Shown: positions 29,326 through 40,260 of the stretch, one piece after another
Numbering within the stretch: the first letter of the stretch is position 1
Layout: each line of letters starts with the position of its first letter
DNA from: Gammaproteobacteria bacterium
GTDB lineage: Bacteria; Pseudomonadota; Gammaproteobacteria; Arenicellales; Poriferihabitantaceae
DNA: 64,000 nt
Direction: 5' to 3'
Assembly: GCA_009842505.1 (NCBI GenBank)
Contig: VYFG01000129.1
Coordinates: forward strand, 1,166-65,165
Made by a program: the position numbers and the translations under genes
Notes under the pieces: model-generated
The model's input: the letters and a program-made list of their open reading frames with translations, nothing else
Told to the model about the DNA's origin: nothing
Databases searched by the model: none

Positions 29326-31209
29326 ATGAGCGGCCATTCGCAGGAAGTCCCGCAAGGCCTTTTCGCCGGCATCCGGCCGGCATCCGCCCTGATCCCGCTC
29401 CTGCTTGGCCTGTCGCTGGGCGCCTGTGCGCCCGCCGTGACGCCGCCCGGTGAAGTGCCGTCAGGGGCGGAACCCGGGACCGGCCCCGGGGCCGCGATCG
29501 ATGGTGACCCCGCCCACGCGGGAATCCCTGACCGGCCCGGCACCGAAGACTCCGAACTGACGCCCGAGCTTTTGTACGATGTGCTGGTGGCGGCAGTGGC
29601 CAACCAGCGTAACCGTCCGGAATTGGCGCTGGACGCACTTGTGCGCGCCGTCTACCTGTCCAGGAACCGGCATCTGGCGGTCAACGCCATCCAGCTTGCG
29701 CTGCGGCTCGGGGAAAACCAGCAGGCCATCGACCTCTCACGCCTGCTGCTGGCCCGGGACCCGGACAATACCAGCGCGGTTTTCACCCTGGCCACCGCCC
29801 AGATCCGTAATGAATTGGCGGAAGACGCGGCCGACACGCTGTTGGACCTGGTGGACAACCAGGACACCGACGGAGACGCGGTACTGCAGGAGGTGGCCGG
29901 CATCATCGCCCGCCAGAAGGAACCCGCCAGGACCTATTTGCGTGACCGTCTGGACCGGGCGGTGGATGAAGGAAATGTCATGGCCATCTTCACGGCGGCC
30001 CTGGTTGCCGCCCGTCTCGAAGAGTCCGAGCAACACCGCAGCCTGCTGGAACTGGTGCTCAGCCGTATGCCCGAGTGGGAGACTGCGGCCATATTCAAAC
30101 TCGCCCACATTGCGGACAATGAACGCGAACAGCTGGACTCGTGGGCGGAAGAATTTCTCGAGACCAGCCCGTCTGCGGAACGCTTTCGCATCCAGTACGG
30201 TCACCTCCTGATCCTGGATGAGCGCCTGGAAGATTCCCTGTACCAGTTCAGCACCGTCCTTGAATCCAATCCGGAATCCGCCGACGCCCTGTTCGCGGCC
30301 GCGGTGGTGAACATGGAACGGGAGGATTACGAGACCGCCGAGCCGCTCTTTCGGCGCTACCTCGCCGGAAACGGCAACGCCGACCAGGCCCGCATCTATC
30401 TGGCGGAGATGCTGATCGACCAGGAGCGCTACGGCGATGCCTCCCCGCTGCTGCGCCAGGTGCAGTCCAGCCGTCACTACCTGGAGGCCCAGATCATGCT
30501 CTCCGGGGTCATCGCGCGGCAAAGCAACGTGGAGGCCGGGCTCAGCCACCTGCGCGGCATCGACGCCAACGGCGAGGAGGAATCCGTGCGCCTGATCCTG
30601 GAACAGGATCTGCTCCTCAGGGAATTCAGTCTCATGGAGCGGTCCATGGCACTGCTCACGGAGGCGCTGGTGGAGCGGCCGGAACATCCGAGCCTGCTGT
30701 ACAGCCGCGGCCTCCTGGCCGCCCAGCTGAACAGGATCGACGTGATGGAACGGGATATGCGGCTGCTGATCGAACTGCAGCCTGACAATGCCCATGCATA
30801 CAACGCGCTGGGCTACACCCTGGCGGACCAGACGGACCGTCTGGACGAGGCGCTGGCACTCATCACCAGGGCGCTGGAACTTCTTCCCGAGGATCCGTAC
30901 ATCCTGGACAGCATGGGCTGGGTGCAGTACCGGATAGGTGACATTGACCGGGCGCTGGAATACCTCGTGCAGGCCTGGGACTACAAGAAGGACGCGGAAA
31001 TCGCGGCCCACCTGGGAGAGGTGCTCTGGGTTCTCGGCCGGAGAGCCGAAGCCGAGGATATCTGGGCGCAGGGGAAGGAAACCGGGCCGGACAACACCAC
31101 CCTGCTCAAGACCATCGACCGGTTCCTCGATGACGATCCCGACCGGCACGCGGTGTACACCCGGGGAGCGTCCCGGCACCTGACCCTGAAGCCGGCCGTC
31201 AACGCCTGA
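29326..31209 (+). CDS. TPR-repeat lipoprotein (the conserved TPR gene upstream of lolB)
   Basis: The lipobox LGLSLGAC follows the ATG at 29326. TPR-like repeats run throughout (e.g. AHAYNALGYTLADQ). The position matches gammaproteobacterial synteny. Confidence 0.7.
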   Translation: MSGHSQEVPQGLFAGIRPASALIPLLLGLSLGACAPAVTPPGEVPSGAEPGTGPGAAIDGDPAHAGIPDRPGTEDSELTPELLYDVLVAAVANQRNRPELALDALVRAVYLSRNRHLAVNAIQLALRLGENQQAIDLSRLLLARDPDNTSAVFTLATAQIRNELAEDAADTLLDLVDNQDTDGDAVLQEVAGIIARQKEPARTYLRDRLDRAVDEGNVMAIFTAALVAARLEESEQHRSLLELVLSRMPEWETAAIFKLAHIADNEREQLDSWAEEFLETSPSAERFRIQYGHLLILDERLEDSLYQFSTVLESNPESADALFAAAVVNMEREDYETAEPLFRRYLAGNGNADQARIYLAEMLIDQERYGDASPLLRQVQSSRHYLEAQIMLSGVIARQSNVEAGLSHLRGIDANGEEESVRLILEQDLLLREFSLMERSMALLTEALVERPEHPSLLYSRGLLAAQLNRIDVMERDMRLLIELQPDNAHAYNALGYTLADQTDRLDEALALITRALELLPEDPYILDSMGWVQYRIGDIDRALEYLVQAWDYKKDAEIAAHLGEVLWVLGRRAEAEDIWAQGKETGPDNTTLLKTIDRFLDDDPDRHAVYTRGASRHLTLKPAVNA

Positions 31210-31240
31210 GACAGGCGAAGCCCCGGCCCTATCCAAGACA

Positions 31241-31933
31241 ATGTCAGCCCGATTCACCGGTTACAGGCAGGTTCTCCTGGTACTGGCGGTATCCATCCTG
31301 TCCGCCTGTGCCACGCCCACCCCGATGGAAGAATTCACGCGCGAGGAAGCCCTGGCCCGGTGGGAAACCATACGCGGGGAACTGGCCACCATCGACCACT
31401 GGTCCCTGAAGGGCAAGATGGGGGTGCGGACCGGCCCCAAGGGCGGCAGTGCCACGCTCAAGTGGCGCTATGCCCCTGACAGCCAGGAAATCGAGCTCTA
31501 CGGCCCGTTCGGCGGTGGCCGGGTCATCATCAACGTGGACGGCAGCGGTGCGGTGCTGCGGGACACCAAGGGCCGGGTGATCCGCGGAAAATCCGCCTCG
31601 GAAGTCCTGTATCAGAGACTCGGCTGGCACGTGCCGTTCGACCACCTCGCCGACTGGGCGCGGGGACTCCCGGGTGACGGGGCCAGGGAAGTCGTCATTG
31701 ACGGAACGGGGCGGCTCAGGCGCATGGTGCAGGACAACTGGCGCATCGAGTACCAGGAATACGAGTCCCAGGGAAACACCCTGCCCGGTTTCGCCCTGCC
31801 GGCGAAGCTGCAGGTTTCCGCCCTGCCCGGCACCATGGAAATCTATGCCGACGACGGCGAGTACCTTGGGGACGAACTCAATGTCAAGGTCATTTTGAAT
31901 CGCTGGTGGGAAATTGAGCGAAATTCCTCCTGA
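31241..31933 (+). CDS. lolB: Outer-membrane lipoprotein LolB
   Basis: 230 aa with lipobox ILSAC. Its position between the TPR gene and ispE supports the call. Confidence 0.8.
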   Translation: MSARFTGYRQVLLVLAVSILSACATPTPMEEFTREEALARWETIRGELATIDHWSLKGKMGVRTGPKGGSATLKWRYAPDSQEIELYGPFGGGRVIINVDGSGAVLRDTKGRVIRGKSASEVLYQRLGWHVPFDHLADWARGLPGDGAREVVIDGTGRLRRMVQDNWRIEYQEYESQGNTLPGFALPAKLQVSALPGTMEIYADDGEYLGDELNVKVILNRWWEIERNSS

Positions 31934-32777
31934 TGCCCGACTCCTCTCGCCGGCAAAGATAAATCTGTTCCTGCATGTGACCGGGCGGCGCCCGGACGGA
32001 TACCATCTGCTGCAGACCTGGATGCAGTTTCTCGACTGGGGCGACAGGATGCTGTTCCGGACCAACCGCAAGGGCATGATCCAGCGGCACGATGAACACC
32101 CCTACACGCTGCCGGCCGCCGATCTCAGTATCCGCGCCGCCGAAGTCCTGAGACAGGCCGCCGGCAGGCCGGAGCTGGGCGCCGACATCACGCTGGAAAA
32201 ACGCGTACCGCCCGGCACCGGCCTGGGCGGCGGCAGCAGCAATGCCGCCACCACACTGCTGGTCCTCAACCGCCTCTGGCAACTGCATCTGTCCGCAGCG
32301 CAATTGCGCGACCTCGGCCGGGGACTCGGCGCCGACGTGCCGGTCTTCCTGCATGGCGCTTCCGCCTGGGCGGAAGGCACCGGAGACCTGTTGACGACGA
32401 TGTGCCCCCCCGCGGGTTGGGTGGCGGTGGCCCTGCCGGGCGTTGCGGTTTCCACGGAATCGATTTTCTCGGACCCCGGCCTGCGCCGGGACCATCCCCC
32501 GGTTGCCGTCCGGGACTACACGGCCGGGCTTACCGGCAACGACCTGGAGGCGGTCACCTTTCAACGCCACCCGGAAGTGGCCGCGGCCCACCGCTGCCTG
32601 TCGCAGTTCGGCCCCGCAAGGATGAGCGGCACCGGCAGCGCGGTGTTCGTGCCCCTGCCGACCCGCGAAGCCGCCGAACAGGTCATCGGCCAATTGCCCG
32701 ACGGGATGACGGGATTGGCCGCCCGGCGCCTGAACCGGAGTCCGCTGCAGGACTGGATGCCCGAGCCGGAGTCCTGA
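31914..32777 (+). CDS. ispE: 4-diphosphocytidyl-2-C-methyl-D-erythritol kinase
   Basis: 287 aa with a TTG start. PAKINLFLHVTGRRPDGYH and GHMP motif PPGTGLGGGSSNAA are present. Confidence 0.9.
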   Translation: MSEIPPDARLLSPAKINLFLHVTGRRPDGYHLLQTWMQFLDWGDRMLFRTNRKGMIQRHDEHPYTLPAADLSIRAAEVLRQAAGRPELGADITLEKRVPPGTGLGGGSSNAATTLLVLNRLWQLHLSAAQLRDLGRGLGADVPVFLHGASAWAEGTGDLLTTMCPPAGWVAVALPGVAVSTESIFSDPGLRRDHPPVAVRDYTAGLTGNDLEAVTFQRHPEVAAAHRCLSQFGPARMSGTGSAVFVPLPTREAAEQVIGQLPDGMTGLAARRLNRSPLQDWMPEPES

Positions 32778-33031
32778 ACGGTTCCCGGGCGTTGACACCG
32801 ACCGGTCCGGTATTGACAATACCGCGGTTTTTGCCCGGGGCGTCCCGGCGCGTTCCCGCATGCGGCCGTCAGACCGACCCCGCCCGGCGTCCGTGGCCGG
32901 GCGGTTGCCTGAAATATTATCGGAAATGCGCTAGTATCCCCTGCCGGGTCGGACCGGCTGACCGAGGTCATTCTCGGCGCCGTTTCCGGTTCCCTGTTCA
33001 CCGATTACCGCATTCAACTGAAACCAGAAAT

Positions 33032-33108
33032 TGGGGTGTAGCCAAGCGGCCTAAGGCACCGGGTTTTGATCCCGGCATTCGGAGGTTCGAATCCTCCCAC
33101 CCCAGCCA
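33032..33108 (+). tRNA. tRNA-Gln (anticodon TTG), CCA encoded
   Basis: The 7-bp acceptor stem pairs TGGGGTG with CACCCCA. The anticodon loop is TT-TTG-AT and the T-arm GGAGGTTCGAATCCTCC is present. The ispE-tRNA(Gln)-prs position fits. Confidence 0.9.
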
Positions 33109-33129
33109 TTGATTGTGAGAGGAATCTTC

Positions 33130-34080
33130 GTGTCGCTTGACAATCTCTCGGTTTTTGCGGGTAACGCAAACCCTGAACTGGCGCTTGAGGTGGTACAGAG
33201 TCTAGGCATACCCCTGGGCAAGGCGTCGGTGGGAACATTCAGCGACGGCGAGATCAACGTCGAGATCATGGAGAACGTCCGGGGCCGCGACGTTTTCGTG
33301 ATTCAGCCCACCTGTGCCCCGTCAAACAACAACCTGATGGAACTCCTGGTGATGATCGACGCGCTAAACCGTTCCTCCGCCGGCCGGATCACCGCGGTGA
33401 TGCCGTACTTCGGCTACGCCCGCCAGGACCGGCGGCCGCGGACCGCACGGGTGGCGATCACGGCCAAGCTGGTGGCATCCATGATCAAGTCGGCCGGCGC
33501 AGACCGGGTCCTGACCATGGACCTGCACGCCGACCAGATTCAGGGGTTTTTCGACATCCCCTGCGACAACATATACGGCTCCCCGGTCCTGATGGGGGAG
33601 ATCTGGCGCAAGCGCCTGTCCAATCCCGTCGTGGTTTCCCCCGACGTGGGGGGAGTGGTGCGTGCCCGGGCCATGGCGAAACAGCTGGAGACCGAACTGG
33701 CGATCATCGACAAGCGGCGCCCGCGGGCGAACGAGGCCAAGGTGATGCATATCATCGGCGAGGTCGAGGGCCGGTCATGCATCATGATTGACGACATGGT
33801 GGACACCGCCAACACACTGTGCGAGGCGGCGGAGGCCCTGAAGGACCGCGGCGCGGTGAAAGTGGTGGCGACCTGTACCCACGCAGTGCTGTCCGGCGGG
33901 GCGATCAAGCGCATTGCCGAGTCCGCCCTGGACGAGTTGCTGGTCACCAATTCCATCCCGTTGAGCGAGGAGGCGCAGGACTGCGCCATGATCACGCAGC
34001 TCAGCGTGGCGGAGCTGCTGGCGGAGTCCATTCGCCGGATTGCCACCGGGGACTCCATCAGCAACCTGTTCATTGACTGA
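33130..34080 (+). CDS. prs: Ribose-phosphate pyrophosphokinase
   Basis: I chose the GTG at 33130, preceded by GAGAGG 7 nt upstream ([18 protein letters not shown]...). The PRPP-binding loop [13 protein letters not shown] is present. The track TTG start at 33109 abuts the tRNA. Confidence 0.9.
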   Translation: MSLDNLSVFAGNANPELALEVVQSLGIPLGKASVGTFSDGEINVEIMENVRGRDVFVIQPTCAPSNNNLMELLVMIDALNRSSAGRITAVMPYFGYARQDRRPRTARVAITAKLVASMIKSAGADRVLTMDLHADQIQGFFDIPCDNIYGSPVLMGEIWRKRLSNPVVVSPDVGGVVRARAMAKQLETELAIIDKRRPRANEAKVMHIIGEVEGRSCIMIDDMVDTANTLCEAAEALKDRGAVKVVATCTHAVLSGGAIKRIAESALDELLVTNSIPLSEEAQDCAMITQLSVAELLAESIRRIATGDSISNLFID

Positions 34081-34175
34081 CCGGAGCTGCGGGCCGGACC
34101 CCTGCGCGAGGCCCCCGAATTGATTTTGTTTGACTAACGGCCCCATGGGCCAATGGAAAGTGAGAGAAACCACAA

Positions 34176-34862
34176 ATGAGTGAAGAAGTCGTTCTGAAGG
34201 CCCGGATCCGGGCACGAACCGGCACCAGCCTGGTACGCCGCCTGCGCAAGGAAGGCGATGTCCCGGCGGTTCTGTACGGCGCCGGCAAGGAGAACCTGAG
34301 TATCGCGGTGAACCACGATCTCCTGTTCCACAGCCTGGAACGGGAGGAGTTCTTTTCCCAGGTGATCACCATTGATACCGACGGCAAGAGGGAAAGGGCG
34401 ATCCTGCGCGATGTCCAGCGCCATCCCCACAAGACCAGGATCCTGCATGCGGATTTCCAGCGGATCGACGAAAACAAGCCGATCCACATCGCCCTGCCGA
34501 TCCACTACTTCGGCGAGGATGAATGCCTCGGCGTGCGGATCGACGGCGGCATGATTTCCCACCTGATGAACGAGGTGGAAGTCACCTGCCTGCCGAAAGA
34601 CCTGCCGGAACATATCGAGATGAACGTCAGCGAGCTGCGCCTCGGCCAGTCCCTGCACCTGTCGGATATCCAACTGCCCGAGGGCGTGCAGATCACTGCG
34701 TTCACCCACGGCGACATCCATGAGCACGATAATGCCGTGGTGGCCGTGCAGGCCACCCGGGTATCGGCAAAATCCGAGGTGCCGGACGAACAGGTCGGGG
34801 AGGAGGAAGCCGTTGCCGATGCCGATACCGATACCGATGCGGATACCGGGGAAGAGGAATAG
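34176..34862 (+). CDS. rplY: 50S ribosomal protein L25 / general stress protein Ctc (long form)
   Basis: 228 aa. LRKEGDVPAVLYG...DVQRHPHKTRILHADFQRI is present, with an acidic C-terminal tail. Confidence 0.9.
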   Translation: MSEEVVLKARIRARTGTSLVRRLRKEGDVPAVLYGAGKENLSIAVNHDLLFHSLEREEFFSQVITIDTDGKRERAILRDVQRHPHKTRILHADFQRIDENKPIHIALPIHYFGEDECLGVRIDGGMISHLMNEVEVTCLPKDLPEHIEMNVSELRLGQSLHLSDIQLPEGVQITAFTHGDIHEHDNAVVAVQATRVSAKSEVPDEQVGEEEAVADADTDTDADTGEEE

Positions 34863-34942
34863 GCAGCTCCCGGCCAGACGATCACCGGCCATCCCCCGGC
34901 CCCCAGGCAATCTCGCTCGCATACCGCGTCCCTGCACAAGCC

Positions 34943-35524
34943 ATGCCAGCACCGGCCATTGGCCTGATTGCCGGACTGGGCAATCCCGGCAGACAATATG
35001 CGGAAACCCGGCATAACGCCGGCTTCTGGTTCATCCAGGCGTTGCAGCAGTCCTTCGGCTTCACGCTTCAGGAGGACAGCCGGTACAAGGCGCTGACAGG
35101 CGGTTTCAGGCTCGACGGCGCAACAATCCGGGTGATCGCGCCGCAAACGTTCATGAATCTCAGCGGCGACAGCGTGGTGCCCTATGCCCGTTTTTTCCGC
35201 ATCCCCACGGAACAGGTCCTGGTGGCCTATGATGAACTCGACCTCCCGCCGGGCACCATCCGGCTCAAGCTGCAGGGCGGGCATGGCGGACACAGGGGCC
35301 TCGGGGACATCATGCAGAAATCCGGCGCCCGGGACATGAAGCGCCTGCGGATCGGGATCGGCCATCCCGGCCCTGGCAGCGAGGCATCCCCATACGTGCT
35401 TTCAAGGCCCCCCGCCGATGACCGGATCGTCATCCTGGCCGCCATCGACCGGGCGGTGTCGGCGCTGCCGGACATTCTCCAGGGCGACTTCCCCCGGGCC
35501 ATGAATTTCCTCCACACCGACTGA
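34943..35524 (+). CDS. pth: Peptidyl-tRNA hydrolase
   Basis: 193 aa. The [19 protein letters not shown] motif is present. Confidence 0.95.
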   Translation: MPAPAIGLIAGLGNPGRQYAETRHNAGFWFIQALQQSFGFTLQEDSRYKALTGGFRLDGATIRVIAPQTFMNLSGDSVVPYARFFRIPTEQVLVAYDELDLPPGTIRLKLQGGHGGHRGLGDIMQKSGARDMKRLRIGIGHPGPGSEASPYVLSRPPADDRIVILAAIDRAVSALPDILQGDFPRAMNFLHTD

Positions 35525-35526
35525 CC

Positions 35527-36621
35527 ATGGGTTTCAGATGCGGAATCGTGGGCCTGCCCAACGTGGGCAAGTCCACGCTGTTCAATGCCCTTACCCAGTC
35601 CGCTTCCGCGCAGGCGGCGAACTATGCCTTCTGCACCATCGACCCCAACGTGGGCATCGTGGAAGTGCCGGACCCCAGGCTTTTCCGGATCAGCGACATC
35701 GTCAGGCCCGGCAAGACCATCCCGACCACCATCGAGTTCGTGGACATCGCGGGGCTGGTGGCCGGCGCGTCGAAGGGCGAGGGCCTTGGCAACCGGTTCC
35801 TGTCCCACATTCGCGAGGTGGACGCCATCGCCCACGTGGTCCGGGCCTTCGAGGACGGCAATATCGTTCACGTGACAGACCGCGTGGACCCCGTCTCTGA
35901 CATCGACACCATCAATACCGAACTGGTTCTGGCGGACATGGAAACCGCCGACCGGGCACTAAAGCGGGCGGAAAAGAACAGCAAGTCCGGCGACAAGGAA
36001 CAGCTCGCCATGGCAGCACTCCTCGGGCGGATCATGGAATGCCTCGACGGGGGCAGGCCCCTCAGGGGCATGGAACTGGATGCCCGCGCGCGTGCTCGGC
36101 TGGGGCCGCTCTGTTTCCTGACGATCAAGCCAAGCCTCTACATCGCCAATGTCGACGAGGACGGATTCGAAGACAATCCTCACCTGGATGCGATCCGGGC
36201 CGTTGCCGGGGACGAGGGCGCGGAGGTGGTGCCCGTTTGTGCCGCCATCGAGCAGGAACTGTCACAGATCAACCCCGGGGAGGCGGAGGCCTTTCTCGCG
36301 GACATGGGGCTCAGCGAGCCCGGGCTCAACCGGGTGATCCGCGCCGGATACCGCCTCCTTGACCTGCTGACCTTTTTCACCACCGGGCCCAGGGAGGTTC
36401 GCGCATGGACCGTGCGGGCCGGCGCCACCGCACCCCAGGCCGCCGGGGAAATCCACACGGACTTCGAGCGCGGATTCATCCGGGCCGAAACCACGGGATA
36501 CGAGGACTTCATCGACTGCGGCGGGGAAGCCGGTGCCCGGGAAGCGGGCAAGCTGAGACTGGAAGGGAAAGACTACCGGGTGCAGGATGGCGATATCATG
36601 TATTTCCGTTTCAACGTGTAG
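35527..36621 (+). CDS. ychF: Ribosome-binding ATPase YchF
   Basis: 364 aa. G1 motif [16 protein letters not shown] and C-terminal [11 protein letters not shown] are present. Confidence 0.95.
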   Translation: MGFRCGIVGLPNVGKSTLFNALTQSASAQAANYAFCTIDPNVGIVEVPDPRLFRISDIVRPGKTIPTTIEFVDIAGLVAGASKGEGLGNRFLSHIREVDAIAHVVRAFEDGNIVHVTDRVDPVSDIDTINTELVLADMETADRALKRAEKNSKSGDKEQLAMAALLGRIMECLDGGRPLRGMELDARARARLGPLCFLTIKPSLYIANVDEDGFEDNPHLDAIRAVAGDEGAEVVPVCAAIEQELSQINPGEAEAFLADMGLSEPGLNRVIRAGYRLLDLLTFFTTGPREVRAWTVRAGATAPQAAGEIHTDFERGFIRAETTGYEDFIDCGGEAGAREAGKLRLEGKDYRVQDGDIMYFRFNV

Positions 36622-36675
36622 CGGCATCCTGGCCCGCCGATCACGCCGCCAGGAAACCGCGATCTGGATCAATTG

Positions 36676-38805
36676 ATGATGCCGGAGGACAGTCCCACCA
36701 CAGCGACCCTTGACGGGATCACCGCCCGGCTGGACGAGTACCTCGACCCGGTGCTTTCCACCCGCCGCACCTCGTCGGGACCCGCCAGGGGCCTGCTGCC
36801 GCTCACGGAGGAAGAACGGGATTTCGCCCTGCACTGGACCGACGTCATCCGCCGGTCCAACTCGGAGATGGCCTTCCAGTTCGTCAGCCACGCTCCAAGA
36901 GCGATCCGGCTCATGGGACTGGAGGGGACACGCCGATGGTTGCTGCACGCCATGGATGTGTATGACAAGGAGGGGCTCTATCCCGGATGCACCGCGCTCG
37001 ACGCCCTGGAGGTATACGCGGCCGAGTTCCGTCTCAGTCACATTTCCGTCTCCCTGGACCAGATCCGCCCGGTACTGGAGACGTTCATCACCGGCCTGGC
37101 GGGACGCACACTGAAACTGGAGGCCGGCAACAGCATCTACACGGACACCAACACGCTCTACCTGCCCGCCCAGATCAATCGATTCAACGACCGGGAACTG
37201 AATTATTGCCTGTACAAGGTCATGTCGGTGCACCTGTGGGCACAGACATGGTTCGGCACCTTCCGCCGGCAGAGCCCGGACGCGCCCCATCTGGTGCAGA
37301 TCCTGGCGAAGTTCCAGGACAACGGCCGCGCGCTGCGCCTGTTCAACCTGCTGGAAACCGCCAGGCTCAACGCCTGCATCGGGCGGGAACTTCCCGGGCT
37401 CGCCCGGGAGATGTTCGGGCTGCATGCCCCGGCACCGGCCCATGACGCCACCTGGCGGTATTACCTGGATCTGCTCGAAGACGAGAACGCCACGGTGTCG
37501 GATACCCTGGCCGCAACGGAAAAGCTCTATCCCCTGCAGATGCCCTGGCCGGAGGCCCCCGTCTACCAGGGCGGGTTTGACCTCGAGGCGGCCAGGGACG
37601 GCATCGAGCAGCGACTGGAACTGGAGAAGGACGAGCTTCAGTCCGCGCTCGCCGAATTGCTGCGCCAGACCCCGGGCGAGGGGGACGAGGCGGCCGCGAT
37701 GGAGAACGCCGAGGTCGACCTCCGGCATGACGAGGAATCCGGCGCCGACCCCGAGCTTGCCGTGGACGGCGAACCGGTGGCTCCTTCCGCGGATCTGGAA
37801 AACCTGCTGCGCTCCCTTCTGCAGGACCTGGAAGATATCCCGGAAGACTGGCTGGTGCCCGCCGGCGATGGCGACTACGACGCCGATGAGCGGGGACAGC
37901 AGCCGGAGCCTGCCGACAAGGCCGCAACCGGCGGTGACACGTTTACCTACGATGAATGGGACTACCGCCGCCAGACCTACCGCAAGAACTGGTGCACGCT
38001 CAGGGAAACGACGACCCAGCCGGTTTACGATGATTTTTACGAACGCACCCTGAAGCGGTATGCACCCCTGGTGGGAGACATTCGGCGGTATTTCGAGGCC
38101 CTGCGGGGGGACGACCGCATCCTGAAAGCGGAACCCACCGGGGACAACGTGGACCTGGACGCCCTGATCACCGCCTATGCGGACATGCAGACCGGCGTGG
38201 AGATGAGCGACCGGGTATACACCCGCAAGCAGAAAGTGGAGCGGGACCTGGCCGTGGTCTTCATGGTGGACGTCAGTGGCTCCACCAAGGGATGGATCAA
38301 CGAGGCGGAGCGCGAAAGCCTGATACTGCTGTGCGAGGCCCTGGAAATCCTCGGCGACCAGTACGCCATTTACGGGTTCTCCGGCATGACCCGGAACCGC
38401 TGCGAGGTGTACCGGATCAAGTCGTTCGCACGCCGCTACGATGACGAGATACGGGCCCGCATCAGCGGGTTGCGTCCCCAGGATTACACCCGGATGGGGG
38501 TCACCATCCGGCACCTGACCGGCATACTGGGCCAGGTGGAGGCAAGAACCCGCATCCTGATCACCCTTTCCGACGGCAAGCCGGACGATTATGACGGCTA
38601 CCGCGGTGAATACGGCATCGAGGATACGCGCCAGGCCCTGTTGGAAGCGCGCAACACCGGGATTCATCCGTTCTGCATCACCATCGACACCGAGGCCGGG
38701 GAATACTTGCCGCACATGTACGGTCCCGCCAGTTTCGTGGTGGTGGACGAGGTACGCAAGCTGCCCCTGAAAGTGGCTGATATCTACCGCCGCCTGACCA
38801 CCTGA
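36676..38805 (+). CDS. NorD/CbbO-like protein with C-terminal von Willebrand factor A domain
   Basis: About 709 aa. The C-terminal VWA carries the MIDAS motif DVSGST, then ...LITLSDGKPDD... and the family-typical ending VADIYRRLTT. No AAA+ partner gene is adjacent. Confidence 0.7.
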   Translation: MMPEDSPTTATLDGITARLDEYLDPVLSTRRTSSGPARGLLPLTEEERDFALHWTDVIRRSNSEMAFQFVSHAPRAIRLMGLEGTRRWLLHAMDVYDKEGLYPGCTALDALEVYAAEFRLSHISVSLDQIRPVLETFITGLAGRTLKLEAGNSIYTDTNTLYLPAQINRFNDRELNYCLYKVMSVHLWAQTWFGTFRRQSPDAPHLVQILAKFQDNGRALRLFNLLETARLNACIGRELPGLAREMFGLHAPAPAHDATWRYYLDLLEDENATVSDTLAATEKLYPLQMPWPEAPVYQGGFDLEAARDGIEQRLELEKDELQSALAELLRQTPGEGDEAAAMENAEVDLRHDEESGADPELAVDGEPVAPSADLENLLRSLLQDLEDIPEDWLVPAGDGDYDADERGQQPEPADKAATGGDTFTYDEWDYRRQTYRKNWCTLRETTTQPVYDDFYERTLKRYAPLVGDIRRYFEALRGDDRILKAEPTGDNVDLDALITAYADMQTGVEMSDRVYTRKQKVERDLAVVFMVDVSGSTKGWINEAERESLILLCEALEILGDQYAIYGFSGMTRNRCEVYRIKSFARRYDDEIRARISGLRPQDYTRMGVTIRHLTGILGQVEARTRILITLSDGKPDDYDGYRGEYGIEDTRQALLEARNTGIHPFCITIDTEAGEYLPHMYGPASFVVVDEVRKLPLKVADIYRRLTT

Positions 38806-38872
38806 ACGACATGCCGCCATCAGCACCGGCTTCCGGACCGAAGCGCCTGCCGATCCACAGGGTCGGCCGCGT

Positions 38873-38902
38873 CGATCCGGGGCGATCCGGGGCGATCCGG
38901 GG
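38873..38902. repeat. Tandem repeat (CGATCCGGGG) x3
   Basis: Three perfect contiguous 10-bp units, read directly. A degenerate copy CGATCCACAGGG lies at 38851. Confidence 0.9.
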
Positions 38903-38940
38903 CTTGCCAAATGGGGAAATCCGCAAGTACCATGACGGGA

Positions 38941-38975
38941 GTATCCGATGGGCGCGTGACGCGCCCCGCGGATAC
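38941..38975. repeat. Extended GC-rich hairpin
   Basis: The outer stem pairs GTATCCG with CGGATAC. Two further G-C pairs and an inner stem GCGCG-TGA-CGCGC follow. No T-tract follows. Confidence 0.6.
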
Positions 38976-39228
38976 GGCTCCACTGGAAAATTCGAAACAA
39001 TGAACAATCAGCGCACCGGCTCCAGGCCGGATGCAACCGCCACCGGGCAGGTGGGCACGCCGGCAGCGGTTTCCGCAGCCGGCCCGGATCATGCGAACCC
39101 CGGCCAGGATGGCACGGAATCGGCTGGCGCCGAGGACGAACCGGCCCCTCCGGACGGGGCTCCCCCGGCTCCGGGTTTCAGGTCACCGCCAACCGGGACG
39201 GTCATGGCGGCCGGGGGGCGGTAGCGCC

Positions 39229-40182
39229 ATGTCTTCCATTCACGGGTCCCGCAAGGTCATCTTCGCCGCGATGGCCGGCAACAGCCTGATCGCCACAACC
39301 AAGTTCATTGCCGCGGGCATCACCGGCAGTTCCGCCATGTTCAGCGAGGCCATCCATTCGGTGGTGGACACCGGCAACCAGTGCCTCCTGCTGTACGGTT
39401 TGAAGCGGTCCGGCAAGCCTGCGGACGCACGCCACCCCTTCGGCTACAGCATGGAGCTCTATTTCTGGACCTTCGTGGTGGCTATCCTGATCTTCTCCCT
39501 GGGGGCGGGCCTGTCCATCTACGAGGGCGTCAGCAAACTGCAGAATCCCCACACGATCCAGAAACCGCTGGTGAACTACATCGTGCTCGGGTTCGCGATG
39601 CTCTTCGAGGGCGCCGCCTGGTGGGTGGCCCTGCACGAATTCCGCAAGACCAAGGGGGCCCTCAGCTACATCAAGGCGATACAGCGCAGCAAGGATCCCA
39701 CGGTGTTCACCGTCCTTTTCGAGGACAGCGCGGCGATGCTGGGCCTGTGCGCGGCCCTGATCGGCATCAGTCTGGCACAGATCACCGGCAACCCGGTCTT
39801 CGACGCCATAGCTTCCATCGTCATCGGCGTCATTCTCGCCTGCACGGCAGCCCTGCTCGCCTACGAGAGCAAGGGCCTGCTCATCGGCGAGGCGGCGCGG
39901 CCCAGGGTGATCGGCAGTATCCGCAGGATCGTCAACGGCCACGAGGGCATCATCAGCATCAACGAGCTGCTGACCATGCATTTCGGACCACGCGACATCC
40001 TGCTTTGTCTCAGCGTCGACTTCGTCGACGGCATTTCCGCGAGCGAGGTGGAGTCCACGATTTCGGACATGGAAGCGGACATCAAGTCGGCCCACCCGGA
40101 AATCACCCGTGTATTCATCGAGGCCCAGAGCTGGCGCGGCCACGATGACAACCTGCGCATGAAATACCTGGCCGAGGAGTAG
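39229..40182 (+). CDS. Cation diffusion facilitator (CDF) family metal efflux transporter
   Basis: 317 aa from the ATG at 39229 (MSSIHGSRKV...). TM2 metal-site context SEAIHSVVDTGNQ and HPFGYSMELYFW are present, with a C-terminal cytoplasmic domain. Confidence 0.85.
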   Translation: MSSIHGSRKVIFAAMAGNSLIATTKFIAAGITGSSAMFSEAIHSVVDTGNQCLLLYGLKRSGKPADARHPFGYSMELYFWTFVVAILIFSLGAGLSIYEGVSKLQNPHTIQKPLVNYIVLGFAMLFEGAAWWVALHEFRKTKGALSYIKAIQRSKDPTVFTVLFEDSAAMLGLCAALIGISLAQITGNPVFDAIASIVIGVILACTAALLAYESKGLLIGEAARPRVIGSIRRIVNGHEGIISINELLTMHFGPRDILLCLSVDFVDGISASEVESTISDMEADIKSAHPEITRVFIEAQSWRGHDDNLRMKYLAEE

Positions 40183-40260
40183 CCCGGCACGGAATCCCGC
40201 CATCCCGCAGACCGCCCGGCGACGCGCAGGACCCGATCTCAGGAGACGCCCCGCGGCCGG

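Noticed and set aside
38873-38902. CRISPR-like repeat array
   Set aside because: The three contiguous 10-bp units have no spacers, which makes this a simple tandem repeat. No cas genes lie nearby, and I saw no repeat-spacer pattern elsewhere in the window.
36262-39036. 924-aa minus-strand ORF
   Set aside because: It is antisense to the NorD/CbbO-like gene and the following spacer. It has no recognisable motifs, whereas the plus-strand product has a clear VWA/MIDAS domain.
39000-39224. 74-codon ORF MNNQRTGSRPDATATGQ... as a real gene or as a frameshifted N-terminus of the CDF transporter
   Set aside because: It is low-complexity (Pro/Ala/Gly), has a weak RBS and belongs to no recognisable family. 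The CDF protein has a normal N-terminus from the ATG at 39229. I mention it in a finding but do not annotate it.
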